The translations under genes and the position numbers were made by a program. Of a stretch of DNA of 64,000 bases, positions 39,518 through 49,759 are shown one piece after another. Position 1 is the stretch's first letter, and the number at the start of each line of letters is the position of its first letter. The stretch lies in contig CBDCVR010000014.1 of NCBI GenBank assembly GCA_965223155.1, positions 160,001-224,000 of the forward strand, written 5' to 3'. Source of the stretch: Candidatus Multivoradales bacterium (GTDB taxonomy: Bacteria; Acidobacteriota; Thermoanaerobaculia; Multivoradales; JAHEKO01). The notes beneath the pieces were generated by a model. The model was given only the letters and a program-made list of their open reading frames with translations, had not been told where the DNA came from and searched no databases.

Positions 39518-41785
39518 CTAGCCGCCTCCCCGCGCCGCCGTCCAGGCGCTTTGAATCCTCTCGGGTGTTGCCGGAATCTCGTCCACGGAGACGCCGACAG
39601 CGTTCTGAATCGCCGCCACGGCCGCCGGGGCACCGCCGTCCATGGGTAGCTCGCCGACTCCTTTGGCACCGAAGGGCCCGTCCGGGTAGCCCAGCTCGAG
39701 CAGCTCGACGTCGATTCTGGGGCTGTCCTTGAAGGTCGGGATGATGTAGGTGGTCAGGCGGTCGTTGAGGTAGCGGCCAGACTCGAGCTTCATCTCTTCC
39801 AGCAGGCCATAGCCGAGGGCTTGCAGAGTACCGCCCTCGATCTGGCCCCGGCACAGGACGGGATGAATCGCCTTCCCGACCTCGGCCACCACGGTCGCCC
39901 GCTCCGGACGCACCTCGAAGGTGTCCTCGTCGACCTCGACCTCGACCACCGCCGCGGCCCAGGAGTAGGTCGGGTACGCGTCCCCCCGGTAGCTCTCCTC
40001 GTCAAACTGCTGCCACTCCGGAGGCTCGTAGCGCACCGTCGTCTCGAGGTCTCCACGGTCGGCGAAGCATCGCCGGGCGATTTCCTGAAAACTGGCATCC
40101 CCGTCCTCTCCGACCCGCACCCTGCCGTCCTCGATCCTGGCCTCTCCCCCACCGGCGCGCTCGCCGTGCCAGGCCAAAACCTTGCCGACGAGCTCGGCCG
40201 CCGCCTTGGCAATCGTGCCGCCCACGACCATGGTCGCGCGCGATGCCACCGTGGGGCCGGAGTCGGGAACCACCCCGGTGTCGGGCTCCACGAACTCGAA
40301 CTCCGCCGATCCCAGACCGGTCGCTTCCTGCGCGATCTGCGGGAAGATGGCCGCGCAGCCCTGGCCCATCTCGGTCATCGAAGTCAGCACCTGGATGCGG
40401 CCATCGGAACCGAGCCGAGCGATCACCGGTGAGCGCATGCGGCGTTCGCCGTTGCCGGTAAATCCGGCGCCGTGGAAAGAGAGTGACAGGCCGAGGCCCG
40501 ATCTCAGCGGATCGTCCTCCCCAGCGGAAGATCCGTCCCGGGCCGCCTCGTTGGCCTGCCACCGGCGGCGGAAATCCGTGGTCTCGGCGACCCGCTCCAG
40601 GCAATCGAGCGCGGCGGTAGTGTCGTCCAAGACCTGCCCGGTGGGCAACCGGTCTCCGGGCCGGAGCGCATTGCGCCGCCGCAGAGTCAGGGGATCGACT
40701 TCCACCGCCCGTGCGATCCGGTCCATGTGGCGCTCCATGGCGAACTGCACTTGCGGAGCACCGAAGCCTCGGAAGGCGCCGTTGGGCGCGGTGTTGGTCC
40801 GCACCACCCGCCCCCGCACGCGGACGTTGGCGCAGCGATACGCGCCGGTGGCGTGCAGAACCGCCCGCGACAACACCACCGGCGACAGCGTCAGGAAAGC
40901 TCCCCCATCCAGCTCGACGTCCACGTCGAGGGCCAGCAGCGTGCCGTCGGCTGCGACTCCCGAGCGATGCCGGATCCGCGCCGGATGGCGCTTGGTCGTC
41001 GCCACGATGTCCTCGTGCCGGTCGTAGGCGATCCGCACCGGCCGGCCGGCGGCGCGCGCCAGCAAGGCGGCGTGGAGCGCGACCATGCTGGGATAGTCCT
41101 CCTTGCCGCCGAAGCCCCCGCCGACCGCGGTGGCCCGGACGCGGACGCGCTCGGCAGGCAGGCCCAGAGCGTGCTTGAGGGATTTCTCGACGTAGTAGGG
41201 ACACTGCATCGAGCCCGCTACGTACAGGCTCTCGTCCTCCATCCAGGCGGTGACCACGTTGGGCTCGATGTAGATGTGCTCCTGGTGGCCGCAGCCGTAC
41301 GAGCCCTCGACCCGGCGGGGCGCGGCGGCAAGCGCCGCGTCGACGTCACCGCTGTCCAGCGACAGCTCGGACAGAAGATCGCCGGGATCGGCCTCGGCGA
41401 GCGTCGTCGCCGCCGGCAGCTCGCGGTAGGAAACCTCGACCCGCTCCGCCAGCTCCCGCGCCTCGGCCCGGCTGGGCGCCGCCACCAGTGCCACCGCCTG
41501 CCCGACGTGCTCGACCCGGTCCCGCGCCAGAATCGGCCAACTGTCGTCTAGAAGCTGCACGCCATTGGGGCCAGGGAGGTCCGCCTCGGTGAGCAGGTAC
41601 CGACCGTCCTCCAGATCGGGTCCGGCGATGCCCAGGATCTCGGCCCGAGCGTGGGCACTGCGGACCGTCGCCCCGTAGAGCATCCCGGGAACCACGAAAT
41701 CGTCTCCGTACCGGGCCCGGCCACGGACTTTCGGGTCCCCGTCCGGACGAGGTGGGCTGGTTCCGACGACGTGGGTTTCGAGCAT
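39518..41785 (-). CDS. Xanthine dehydrogenase-family molybdopterin-binding subunit
   Basis: HQEHIYIEP, VGGGFGGKED, KRHP, AFRGFGAPQ, EMGQG, TVASR, GQIEGG, GAKGVGE; start 41785 or 41815. Confidence 0.93.
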   Translation of the reverse strand: MLETHVVGTSPPRPDGDPKVRGRARYGDDFVVPGMLYGATVRSAHARAEILGIAGPDLEDGRYLLTEADLPGPNGVQLLDDSWPILARDRVEHVGQAVALVAAPSRAEARELAERVEVSYRELPAATTLAEADPGDLLSELSLDSGDVDAALAAAPRRVEGSYGCGHQEHIYIEPNVVTAWMEDESLYVAGSMQCPYYVEKSLKHALGLPAERVRVRATAVGGGFGGKEDYPSMVALHAALLARAAGRPVRIAYDRHEDIVATTKRHPARIRHRSGVAADGTLLALDVDVELDGGAFLTLSPVVLSRAVLHATGAYRCANVRVRGRVVRTNTAPNGAFRGFGAPQVQFAMERHMDRIARAVEVDPLTLRRRNALRPGDRLPTGQVLDDTTAALDCLERVAETTDFRRRWQANEAARDGSSAGEDDPLRSGLGLSLSFHGAGFTGNGERRMRSPVIARLGSDGRIQVLTSMTEMGQGCAAIFPQIAQEATGLGSAEFEFVEPDTGVVPDSGPTVASRATMVVGGTIAKAAAELVGKVLAWHGERAGGGEARIEDGRVRVGEDGDASFQEIARRCFADRGDLETTVRYEPPEWQQFDEESYRGDAYPTYSWAAAVVEVEVDEDTFEVRPERATVVAEVGKAIHPVLCRGQIEGGTLQALGYGLLEEMKLESGRYLNDRLTTYIIPTFKDSPRIDVELLELGYPDGPFGAKGVGELPMDGGAPAAVAAIQNAVGVSVDEIPATPERIQSAWTAARGGG

Positions 41786-41845
41786 CGGGCGTTCGCCGGG
41801 GATGATAACGCGCAAGGGACCGCTTCGCGGTAGACTCCGAGAAAC

Positions 41846-42832
41846 GTGAGTTCTTCAAAGATCGGAATCCTCGGACTCGGGGCTTACGTCCCGGAGCACG
41901 TCATGACCAACGACGACTGGGCGCAGTACGTCGATACCTCGGACGAGTGGATCACCACCCGGACCGGGATCAAGACCCGCCGGATCGCCGATCCGGGAGA
42001 GTCCACCGCCGACATGGCCGAGCACGCGGCCCGGGCGGCGATGGCCGACGCCGGGATCCAAGCCGCCGACATCGACGAGTTGATCGTGGCCACCGATACG
42101 CCCGAGGTCTACTGCCCGGACACCGCCGCCTTCTTGCAACACCGGCTAGGACTGGGCGAGATTCCCGGCTACGACCTGGGGGGCAGCGGCTGCGCCGGCT
42201 GGGTTCTCGCCCTGGAGCTGGCGCGTAGCCGCATCGCGACCTCCGGCGCCACCGTCCTGGTCGTAGGAGTCGAGCTCCTGACCCGCTTGATGGACTGGAG
42301 CGACCGCTCGACCTGTGTGCTCTTCGGCGATGCCGCCGGAGCCGCCGTGGTGACCGCCGGCGATGGGGTCGCCGAGATCCTCGCGACCACCGCCGGCACC
42401 GACGGCTCGAAGACCGACATCCTGCAGCGAGAGGCCGGCGGCACGCGCGTGCCGTTTGGCTCGGCGGCCGGCGACCGCGACCACCTGCGCATCGACTTCA
42501 ATGGCCGCGAAGTTTTCAAGGAGGCGGTGCGGCGCATGTCGGCGGCTTCGCGCAAGGTCGTCGAAGAGGCCGGCTACACCCTGGACGACGTCGATCTCCT
42601 GGTGCCGCACCAGGCCAATCTGCGCATCCTCCAGGCGGTGGGCAAGAAGCTGGGCCTGCCACCCGAAAAGGCCTACTGCAACGTAGACGAGTTCGGGAAT
42701 ACCGGATCGGCTTCGATCCCTCTGGCACTGGCGGGCGCCAAGAACAGCGGAATGCTCCATAGCGGACAGCTTGTTCTCTTGACAGCCTTCGGTGCTGGCT
42801 TTCACTGGGCCGCCGCGCTGCTTCGCTTCTAA
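41846..42832 (+). CDS. fabH: 3-oxoacyl-ACP synthase III
   Basis: DTSDEWITTRTGI, GCAG catalytic Cys, LFGDAAGA, PHQAN, GNTGSAS, FGAGFHW. Confidence 0.9.
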   Translation: MSSSKIGILGLGAYVPEHVMTNDDWAQYVDTSDEWITTRTGIKTRRIADPGESTADMAEHAARAAMADAGIQAADIDELIVATDTPEVYCPDTAAFLQHRLGLGEIPGYDLGGSGCAGWVLALELARSRIATSGATVLVVGVELLTRLMDWSDRSTCVLFGDAAGAAVVTAGDGVAEILATTAGTDGSKTDILQREAGGTRVPFGSAAGDRDHLRIDFNGREVFKEAVRRMSAASRKVVEEAGYTLDDVDLLVPHQANLRILQAVGKKLGLPPEKAYCNVDEFGNTGSASIPLALAGAKNSGMLHSGQLVLLTAFGAGFHWAAALLRF

Positions 42833-42862
42833 CGTGCCTCCGACGCCAAGAGAGCTCCTCGT

Positions 42863-44986
42863 TTGTCTGATCACGACCTGCCACCGCATCCGACCATCCG
42901 GCACGAGCTCTTAGAGCGCCAGATCCGGGAAACACTGGGTAGCCCGGCCGGTCTGGCGCCGGAGGTCCAGCGGCTCCTGGACCAGGTGAGCGAGGCGTAC
43001 GACAAGCTGGACGCGGAGCGCGCCCGAGCCGAGCGCGTGCTGCGGGACGAGCTCGAGCGCCTCAGCGAGCTCTTGAAGACCAGCTCCGAGACGCGGGGCG
43101 CACTGTACGAGAGTCGTCAACGCTACCAGGCACTGACCGACAACTCGCCCATCGGCATCTTCCATTCGGACACCGAGGGCAAGACGGTGTACGTCAACCG
43201 AGCCTGGTGCGAGCTGACGGGCCTGACCGAGGAGGAAGCCCTCGCCGATTCCTGGCGAACGGTACTGCATCCCGAAGACCGGGCGCGGAAGCTCTCCGAG
43301 TGGAGCGTGCTCATCGACCACCATCAGCCCATCGGCGGCGACCAGTACCGGCTGCTGCGCAGGGACGGGCGTACGGTCTGGGTCGAGGGCTACGCCGTGC
43401 CCTTGCGGGGCGACGACGGCAGGGTCGTCGGCTACATCGGATCCATCTACGACATCAGCGGTCACAAGGAGGCCGAGAGAATCCGCCGGACCTCCGAAGA
43501 GCGCTACCGCGCCCTCTTCGAGCAGTCCCATGACGTCATCTACACCAGCACCATCGAGGGCCGCTTCCTGGACGTCAACCAGGCGGGCGTCGAGCTTTTC
43601 GGCTACGGTTCCAAGGAGGAGCTCCTGGAAGCCGACCTGGGCACGACCATCTACCGGGATCCCGCAGACCGGGAGCTCCTCGTCCAGGAGCTGCTGGACT
43701 CCGGCATGGTTCGGGCTCACGAGCTACGCCTCAAGACCCGGGATAGCCGCCCCCTGACGGTGCTGGCGTCGATTCAGGCGGTCACCGACGACACCGGCAA
43801 TCCGGTCGAATTTCGCGGCATTCTCCACGACGTCACCGAGACCAAGCACCTCGAGCGGCAGCTCGGCCATAGCCAGAAAATGGAGGCCATCGGCCGCCTC
43901 GCCGGAGGCGTCGCCCACGACTTCAACAACCTGCTGACCGCGATCCTGGGCTACTCGGATCTCATCCGCCAGGATCATGCCGACGAGTCGGTCACCGCCC
44001 TTCATGCCGGCGAGATTCGGAGCGTGGCGAAGCGGGGCGCGGCCCTGACGCAGCAGCTGCTGGCCTTCAGCAAGCGCCAGCGCACCGAGCCGCGGGTGCT
44101 CGAGGTCAACCGCACCGTCGAAGACCTCCGAGAGCTCTTGGCGCGGCTCATTGGCGAAGACGTCGATCTCCGCACCGAGCTCGACTCGGAAGCTGGCACC
44201 ATCGAAGCCGATCCCAGCCAGATCGAGCAGATCCTGGTGAATCTGGCTGTCAACGCCCGCGACGCCATGCCCGGCGGCGGAATCCTGACCTTGACCAGCC
44301 AGCGGATCGAGCGGCTCGACGATCCCAAGTACGGCGACCTCGCCGGCGGACCCTGGGTTCGGCTGGCCGTGCGGGACACCGGCAGCGGCATTCCGGACGA
44401 GGCGCTCGACAAGATCTTCGAGCCGTTCTACACCACCAAGCCGGACGGCAGGGGCACCGGCTTGGGTCTGGCCACCGTCTACGGCGCGGTCCAGCAGAAC
44501 GGCGGTCGCATTCTGGTGGACAGCAGTCGCGGACAGGGCACGACCTTCGAGATCCTGTTGCCGGCCAGCAACGCGAGTGCCACCGACGAGGAGCCGGAAG
44601 TCCAGGAAGAGGCCCCGACCGCAGGGCACGAAACCGTGTTGCTCGCCGAGGACGAACCGGCCGTGCGCTCGCTCTTGAAGAACGCCCTGGTGCGCAACGG
44701 CTACCGGGTGCTTACCGCCGCCAACGGCGCCGAGGCGCTCGAGATCGCGCGGGCCGAGAACGGCAGTCTCAGGTTGCTGGTCTCGGACGTCGTCATGCCC
44801 AAGCTGAACGGCATCGACCTGGCCCGAGCCGTCCGCGCCGAGAACGGCGCCATCCGCATCGTGCTCTTGACCGGCTACGCCGAAGACCAGACCGCCCTCG
44901 AAGAAGTCTCCGACTCGCTGCTGATCAAGCCCTTTGCCCCGCAGGAGCTGGCGCGCAAGGCGCGCGAGCTCCTCGACGCCAGCTAG
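42863..44986 (+). CDS. Hybrid sensor kinase (2 PAS, HisKA, HATPase, receiver)
   Basis: GRLAGGVAHDFNNLL, NLAVNARDAM, DTGSG, FEPFYTTK, GTGLGL, LAEDE, SDVVMP, KPF. Confidence 0.93.
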   Translation: MSDHDLPPHPTIRHELLERQIRETLGSPAGLAPEVQRLLDQVSEAYDKLDAERARAERVLRDELERLSELLKTSSETRGALYESRQRYQALTDNSPIGIFHSDTEGKTVYVNRAWCELTGLTEEEALADSWRTVLHPEDRARKLSEWSVLIDHHQPIGGDQYRLLRRDGRTVWVEGYAVPLRGDDGRVVGYIGSIYDISGHKEAERIRRTSEERYRALFEQSHDVIYTSTIEGRFLDVNQAGVELFGYGSKEELLEADLGTTIYRDPADRELLVQELLDSGMVRAHELRLKTRDSRPLTVLASIQAVTDDTGNPVEFRGILHDVTETKHLERQLGHSQKMEAIGRLAGGVAHDFNNLLTAILGYSDLIRQDHADESVTALHAGEIRSVAKRGAALTQQLLAFSKRQRTEPRVLEVNRTVEDLRELLARLIGEDVDLRTELDSEAGTIEADPSQIEQILVNLAVNARDAMPGGGILTLTSQRIERLDDPKYGDLAGGPWVRLAVRDTGSGIPDEALDKIFEPFYTTKPDGRGTGLGLATVYGAVQQNGGRILVDSSRGQGTTFEILLPASNASATDEEPEVQEEAPTAGHETVLLAEDEPAVRSLLKNALVRNGYRVLTAANGAEALEIARAENGSLRLLVSDVVMPKLNGIDLARAVRAENGAIRIVLLTGYAEDQTALEEVSDSLLIKPFAPQELARKARELLDAS

Positions 44987-45041
44987 GATCCGTCCCGAAT
45001 TTCAGGTGCCGCGGAGGTCCGCGCCGGCTTCCGGCGCGAGA

Positions 45042-47111
45042 TCAGGCCAGCCGGGTCGCCAGGAGCTCGGCCACGGCCCGCAGCGTCGAGTGCTCCAGGA
45101 GATCGGTGATGTCTAGCACGTCCGGATAGCGTTCGTCGATACTCGCCACGATCTGCACCAGATCGAGGGAACTGATCCCGATCTCGAAGAAGCTCTGGTC
45201 CACGCCCAGCTCGCGATCCTCCAGAACCTCGGCGCAGATCGTCTTGAGCTCGGCCAGGAGCGCCGCGGCGTCCGGCGAGCCGGATGCCGGCGGCCCGGCC
45301 GCCGACCCGGTCTCCGCGGCCGCCACCAAAGCGGGCGCTTCGGAGCTCTCGGCACTGGTTTCGGGCGTCTCCAGCTCGCCCGCTAGCAGATCGGCCACCA
45401 AGCGATGGCGCTGAATCTTGCCGCTCGTGGTGCGCGGGATCCGGCGCACCGGGACGACTTGGTGGACCTCGATACCGATGCCTCGGTTGATGCGCCGCCG
45501 CACGGCCCGATCCGATTCTTCGAATCCCTCGATACTGCCCCGGTACTGGACGAACACGGTGACGTCGTCCCGTTCGGCGCCGGGCCGGCGCACGCCGGCG
45601 GCGACCACCTTGCCCAACTGCAGCCGGCCGCCGTCGATGGCCGCGGCCTCCAGGTCCTCGGGATAGTAATTCTGGCCGTGGACGAAGACCACGTCCTTGG
45701 CGCGGCCGGTCACGATCATCTGCCCATCCAGCAACAGCCCCAGGTCACCGGTGTCTACCCAGCCGTCACCGACCAGGGCTTCGCGGTTGGCTTCCGGGTC
45801 CTCCAGATACCCCCGGGTCACGTTCTCGCCCCGGATCTGGAGCCGGCCCACGACGCCTTCGCCCACCGGCTTGTCCCTGGCATCCACGGCGCGTAGCTGG
45901 ATCTGATCGAACGGCTCTCCGCACATCGCCAGGATCACGCCATCGGGATCGTCGTCGCCAACCTCGACCACATGGTCGCCGAGGCTCAGCCGGTCTCGGC
46001 GCAGGCTCACCCAGCGCAGGGGCTCGTCCGGCGCCTTGTAGCCGACACCGACGCTCGCCTCAGCCAGACCGTACGCCGGACAGACCGCGGTCGGCCGCAA
46101 GCCGAACGGCGCCAGGGCCTCGTTGAACTCTTGGCAGAGCGGAATCGACACCGGCTCGGCTCCGTCCAGCATGAGCTTGACGTGCGCCAGGTCGAGGTCC
46201 TCGGAAGCACCTCGCGAGCGCAGGGCGCGTAAGTAGTGCCGGTAGCCGAAATTGGGAGAGCCGAGCACGTTGGCTCCGACCTCGGCGGCCTTCTCCAGCC
46301 ACAGGCGCGGCCTGCGGGTGAAGAGATCGGTGGGCATGACGTAGTGATCCATGCCGTAGACCACCGGGCAGCAGTGGAAGCCGATGAGCCCCATGTCGTG
46401 GGTTAGCGGCATCCAGTTGAGCGCGACGTCGCCCTCGCCGTAGCCGCCGCGCGCTCCGATGTCGATCGAATTGACGACCACGTTGCGATGGCTGAGCTGA
46501 ATGCCCTTGGGCTCGCGGGTCGAGCCCGACGAGAACTGGAGAAACGCGAGGTCGTCGGGCTCGACGCTCGCGGGCTCGGCGGGCGCGGCCGCCGCGGCAA
46601 GATCGCCAAGCTCCTCCAGCGGCAGCATGCGCTCCCGCATCGCCCCCCACTCGGGCAACGACGCCTTGCCGGCGAACTTCTCCAGCCGCTCGGACCCGAC
46701 CGCGTCAACCAGCAGCCAGGGCTGGTCCAACTTTTCGAAGATGCGGCCGACCTTGGCCCGGTGCTCATCGGTGGCCCCGATCGAGATCGGCGCCACGACG
46801 ATGCCTCCATACTGGCAAGCCCAGAACGCCTCCAGAAAACGGCGATTGTCGGCGCTGGCCATGACCAGAAACTGGCCGCTCTCGACCCCGCGGTCGCGCA
46901 GCACGGACAGCAGCGCCAGAGCCTTCGCCCGGAGCTCGGCAAAGCCGAGCCTGGTCGTCGTTTCGGCGCTCTCGATGAAGTGCACGGCGCCCTCAGCGCG
47001 ATCGCTCAGAGCGAGCGCGTCTAGCGCGGCGGTCAAAGTCCTACCGGATACCTGCTGCATCGAAGTTCTGGATCGGCGGCGCCGTTCGGCGTCAACGGCG
47101 CTCGGCCGCAA
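45042..47111 (-). CDS. Fatty acyl-AMP ligase-type adenylation domain fused to a carrier protein
   Basis: FLQFSSGSTREPKG, WMPLTHDMGLIG, AYGLAEA, DTGDLG, GRAKD, RTTSGKIQR; C-terminal FFEIGISSLDL carrier domain; start may be the ATG at ~47060. Confidence 0.85.
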   Translation of the reverse strand: MRPSAVDAERRRRSRTSMQQVSGRTLTAALDALALSDRAEGAVHFIESAETTTRLGFAELRAKALALLSVLRDRGVESGQFLVMASADNRRFLEAFWACQYGGIVVAPISIGATDEHRAKVGRIFEKLDQPWLLVDAVGSERLEKFAGKASLPEWGAMRERMLPLEELGDLAAAAAPAEPASVEPDDLAFLQFSSGSTREPKGIQLSHRNVVVNSIDIGARGGYGEGDVALNWMPLTHDMGLIGFHCCPVVYGMDHYVMPTDLFTRRPRLWLEKAAEVGANVLGSPNFGYRHYLRALRSRGASEDLDLAHVKLMLDGAEPVSIPLCQEFNEALAPFGLRPTAVCPAYGLAEASVGVGYKAPDEPLRWVSLRRDRLSLGDHVVEVGDDDPDGVILAMCGEPFDQIQLRAVDARDKPVGEGVVGRLQIRGENVTRGYLEDPEANREALVGDGWVDTGDLGLLLDGQMIVTGRAKDVVFVHGQNYYPEDLEAAAIDGGRLQLGKVVAAGVRRPGAERDDVTVFVQYRGSIEGFEESDRAVRRRINRGIGIEVHQVVPVRRIPRTTSGKIQRHRLVADLLAGELETPETSAESSEAPALVAAAETGSAAGPPASGSPDAAALLAELKTICAEVLEDRELGVDQSFFEIGISSLDLVQIVASIDERYPDVLDITDLLEHSTLRAVAELLATRLA

Positions 47112-48402
47112 AGTGGAGATGCTCCCGACTGCGTAAGTTTATCGCCGGAGTGATGGCCGGAGGAACCGGCCCCAAGTAGCGCAGCCGCAATTTGCGGGCC
47201 ACCCAGCCCACCACCAATTGCATCTCGATCAGCGACATCTCGTCGCCGATGCAACGACGGGGTCCCGCCGAGAACGGGATGTAGGCGAACCGATGGCGCT
47301 CGGCCTCGGCCTCTGGCTCGAAGCGCGAAGGATCGAAACACTCGGAGTCGCGCCACTCTTCGAGCCGCCGGTGAAGAAAATACGGGGACAGGAAGATGTG
47401 GGTACCGGGATCCACCTCCACCTCGCCCAACCGGTCGGAACCGATCGCCGTCCGGGTAAAGAGCCACACCGGAGGATAGAGGCGTAGGGTCTCGCGCGCC
47501 GCGCGCCGGGCCAGGCCGAGCCCGGACAGGGCCGAAAAGCCCGGCCGCTCCTCGGCAAGCGCGTCCACCTCCTCGTGCAGGCGCCGCTCGATTTCGGGGT
47601 TCTGCGACACGAGGTACCAGAGCCAGTTGAGGGCCGAGGCCGTGGTCTCGTGGCCGGCCACGATCAGGGTCGTGATCTCGTCGATCAGCTCCCGGTCCGG
47701 CATGGGCTCGCCGGTCCGGGGATGGCGGGAAGCCATCATCAACGAGATCATGTCCAGCCTTTCGGCACCCTCCCGCCGGCCGTCGATGACCCTTTGGATC
47801 AGCTTGGTCAGGGCCCGGAACCGCACCACGGTACTGAGATCGCGAGCACGCTCCTCGCTCAGGAAGGCGAATGGGTTCTCACCGGTCTCCTCGACCATCC
47901 AGTCCAGGTCGGCGCCGAAGAGGGTTCGGGAGATCACCTCGAGCGACAGGTCGGAAACATCCTGGGTGAGGTTGACCGGGCGCCCCGCGTCGGCCGCCTC
48001 TTCCCACTCGGCCAGCAGGCGGCCGATGGACGCCGCGAAGACCGGTTCCAGGCCGCGCAGCACGTCCTTGTGAAAGGCGGGCTGGATCATGCGCCGGTGG
48101 TCCAGCCAGAAGTCCCCGTCGCTGACGATAATGCCGTTGCCCAGGAGCATCCTGACCTGGTCCACGCCCGGGCCCTTGCGATAGTTCTTGTAGTTCTTGG
48201 CGAGCACGTGCCCGACCAGGTCCGGATGGTTGACCACCAGCGACGGGTGCCGCCGGCGCACCGGCCGTACCCGAGCGAGGTCGGGGAAGGTGCCGAGCAG
48301 GCTACTCAGGTACTCGAACGAGTCCGGGGCGATGTGAATGTCGAACGGCTCTTCGGGACCCGGCACCTCGGCGGCAGCGTCGGCTGGTTTGGGATCAGGC
48401 AT
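47092..48402 (-). CDS. Cytochrome P450
   Basis: AGHETT, ETLRLYPP, FDPSRF, PFSAGPRRCIG. Confidence 0.95.
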   Translation of the reverse strand: MPDPKPADAAAEVPGPEEPFDIHIAPDSFEYLSSLLGTFPDLARVRPVRRRHPSLVVNHPDLVGHVLAKNYKNYRKGPGVDQVRMLLGNGIIVSDGDFWLDHRRMIQPAFHKDVLRGLEPVFAASIGRLLAEWEEAADAGRPVNLTQDVSDLSLEVISRTLFGADLDWMVEETGENPFAFLSEERARDLSTVVRFRALTKLIQRVIDGRREGAERLDMISLMMASRHPRTGEPMPDRELIDEITTLIVAGHETTASALNWLWYLVSQNPEIERRLHEEVDALAEERPGFSALSGLGLARRAARETLRLYPPVWLFTRTAIGSDRLGEVEVDPGTHIFLSPYFLHRRLEEWRDSECFDPSRFEPEAEAERHRFAYIPFSAGPRRCIGDEMSLIEMQLVVGWVARKLRLRYLGPVPPAITPAINLRSREHLHFAAERR

Positions 48403-48446
48403 GTAAGGAAGCTCGGCCAGCGGCCGAGCCTGGCTATCATAGCGCC

Positions 48447-49163
48447 GTGACCAAGCACCGCTTCGGCCGGCGCGCGGCCATCGTATTGCTGCCCGTCTCC
48501 CGGCTCCTGCTCCGCCTCTACTGGCGCACGCTCCGGCCGGCGGGCACCGCCGGCGCGGAGCACCTGGACGCCGTCGTCACCAGCGGCCAACCTTTCATCC
48601 TGTGCTCCTGGCACGAGATGCAACTGCTCTCCCTCCCCTACCTGGCCCGGATCCGGGACCGGGGCGTGGCCCTCGCCTCCCTGGTCAGCCCGTCGGAGGA
48701 TGGGGACATCGCCGCCCGCTTCGGCCGCGGCCTGGGCATCGGCATCGTGCGCGGATCGAGCTCCCGGACCGGTGCTCAAGCCCTGCGCAACCTCTATCTC
48801 GAGATCGCCCATCGGAAGACCTCGCTCGCCCTGACCGTGGACGGCCCGCGCGGCCCCCGGCGGCGTTTCAAGCCCGGAGCGGTGCTCCTGGCGCAGACCA
48901 CCGGCGCTCCCATTCTGCCCTTCGTCTTCGAAGCGACGAGCGCCTGGCGCCTGCGCTCCTGGGACCGCTTCGTCATCCCCAAGCCCGGCGCGCGGATCGC
49001 GTATGCCTTTGGCGAGCCGGTGCCGGTAGGCCGCGACATCGCAAGTACCAGCGGCGACGGCCTCGAAGAGACCGGCCGCCGGCTGGAGGCGGCGATGGCA
49101 GAGCTCTCGGAACAAGCCAGACGCCGGCTCGGCGAGGCGTCTTCAGACGCCGTTCAGGTTTGA
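48447..49163 (+). CDS. DUF374 / lysophospholipid acyltransferase-family protein
   Basis: WH, SPSEDGD, VRGSSSR, TVDGPRGP, KPG, LRSWDRFVIPKP. Confidence 0.85.
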   Translation: MTKHRFGRRAAIVLLPVSRLLLRLYWRTLRPAGTAGAEHLDAVVTSGQPFILCSWHEMQLLSLPYLARIRDRGVALASLVSPSEDGDIAARFGRGLGIGIVRGSSSRTGAQALRNLYLEIAHRKTSLALTVDGPRGPRRRFKPGAVLLAQTTGAPILPFVFEATSAWRLRSWDRFVIPKPGARIAYAFGEPVPVGRDIASTSGDGLEETGRRLEAAMAELSEQARRRLGEASSDAVQV

Positions 49164-49277
49164 CTTCGACCCTCGGTCCGGTCGATGATGGGCGGCCGGC
49201 GAGCCCGCCCCAGGGCGCGGCGGTTCTCCGCCGAGCCTCCCGAAGCCCAACTCTCGAACGACTCCCGAACGAACCGC

Positions 49278-49733
49278 ATGATTGCCCGACCGCAGGACCT
49301 CGCGACTCTCTGGCTGGGAACCGGCTTCCGGTGCCTGGCCGCGGTCGTGCTCGTTCTGGCGGTTGCCGCCTGTGATTCGGGCAGTTCCACCGATCCGGGC
49401 AGCCAGACCGTGATTCTGCAAGGGGAGGTCGTCTCCGAGGGCTCCGAGTGGCATCCGCTCGTGGTCACCGATCCGGGCGTGTTTCACATCGAGGTCGTCA
49501 ACCTGCGCGCCAAACTCCTGGACGTCACCGGCGGCAACACCACCCTGCGCATTGGCGTCGGCCTGGGCCGTCCCGAGGGCGGGGAATGCAACGCCACCTT
49601 CCGTTCGGCCGCGACCATCGGCGACCGGTTTCCACTGGGCCTGGTCGAGGCCGAGTATTGCGTCTTGCTGTTCGATCCTGGGCTTCCCCCCGACAGCATC
49701 ATCGAGTACACCGTTTCGGCAGGGCCCGAATAG
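49278..49733 (+). CDS. Hypothetical lipoprotein
   Basis: VVLVLAVAAC lipobox; beta-rich domain similar to the next gene; start uncertain. Confidence 0.6.
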   Translation: MIARPQDLATLWLGTGFRCLAAVVLVLAVAACDSGSSTDPGSQTVILQGEVVSEGSEWHPLVVTDPGVFHIEVVNLRAKLLDVTGGNTTLRIGVGLGRPEGGECNATFRSAATIGDRFPLGLVEAEYCVLLFDPGLPPDSIIEYTVSAGPE

Positions 49734-49759
49734 AGGCCCCGTCCGCTCCGAGGGTTTTC

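Noticed and set aside
39066-39854. 554-aa version of the FAD subunit ORF
   Set aside because: The upstream extension overlaps the 2Fe-2S and molybdopterin genes in another frame; family motifs start only at ~39065.
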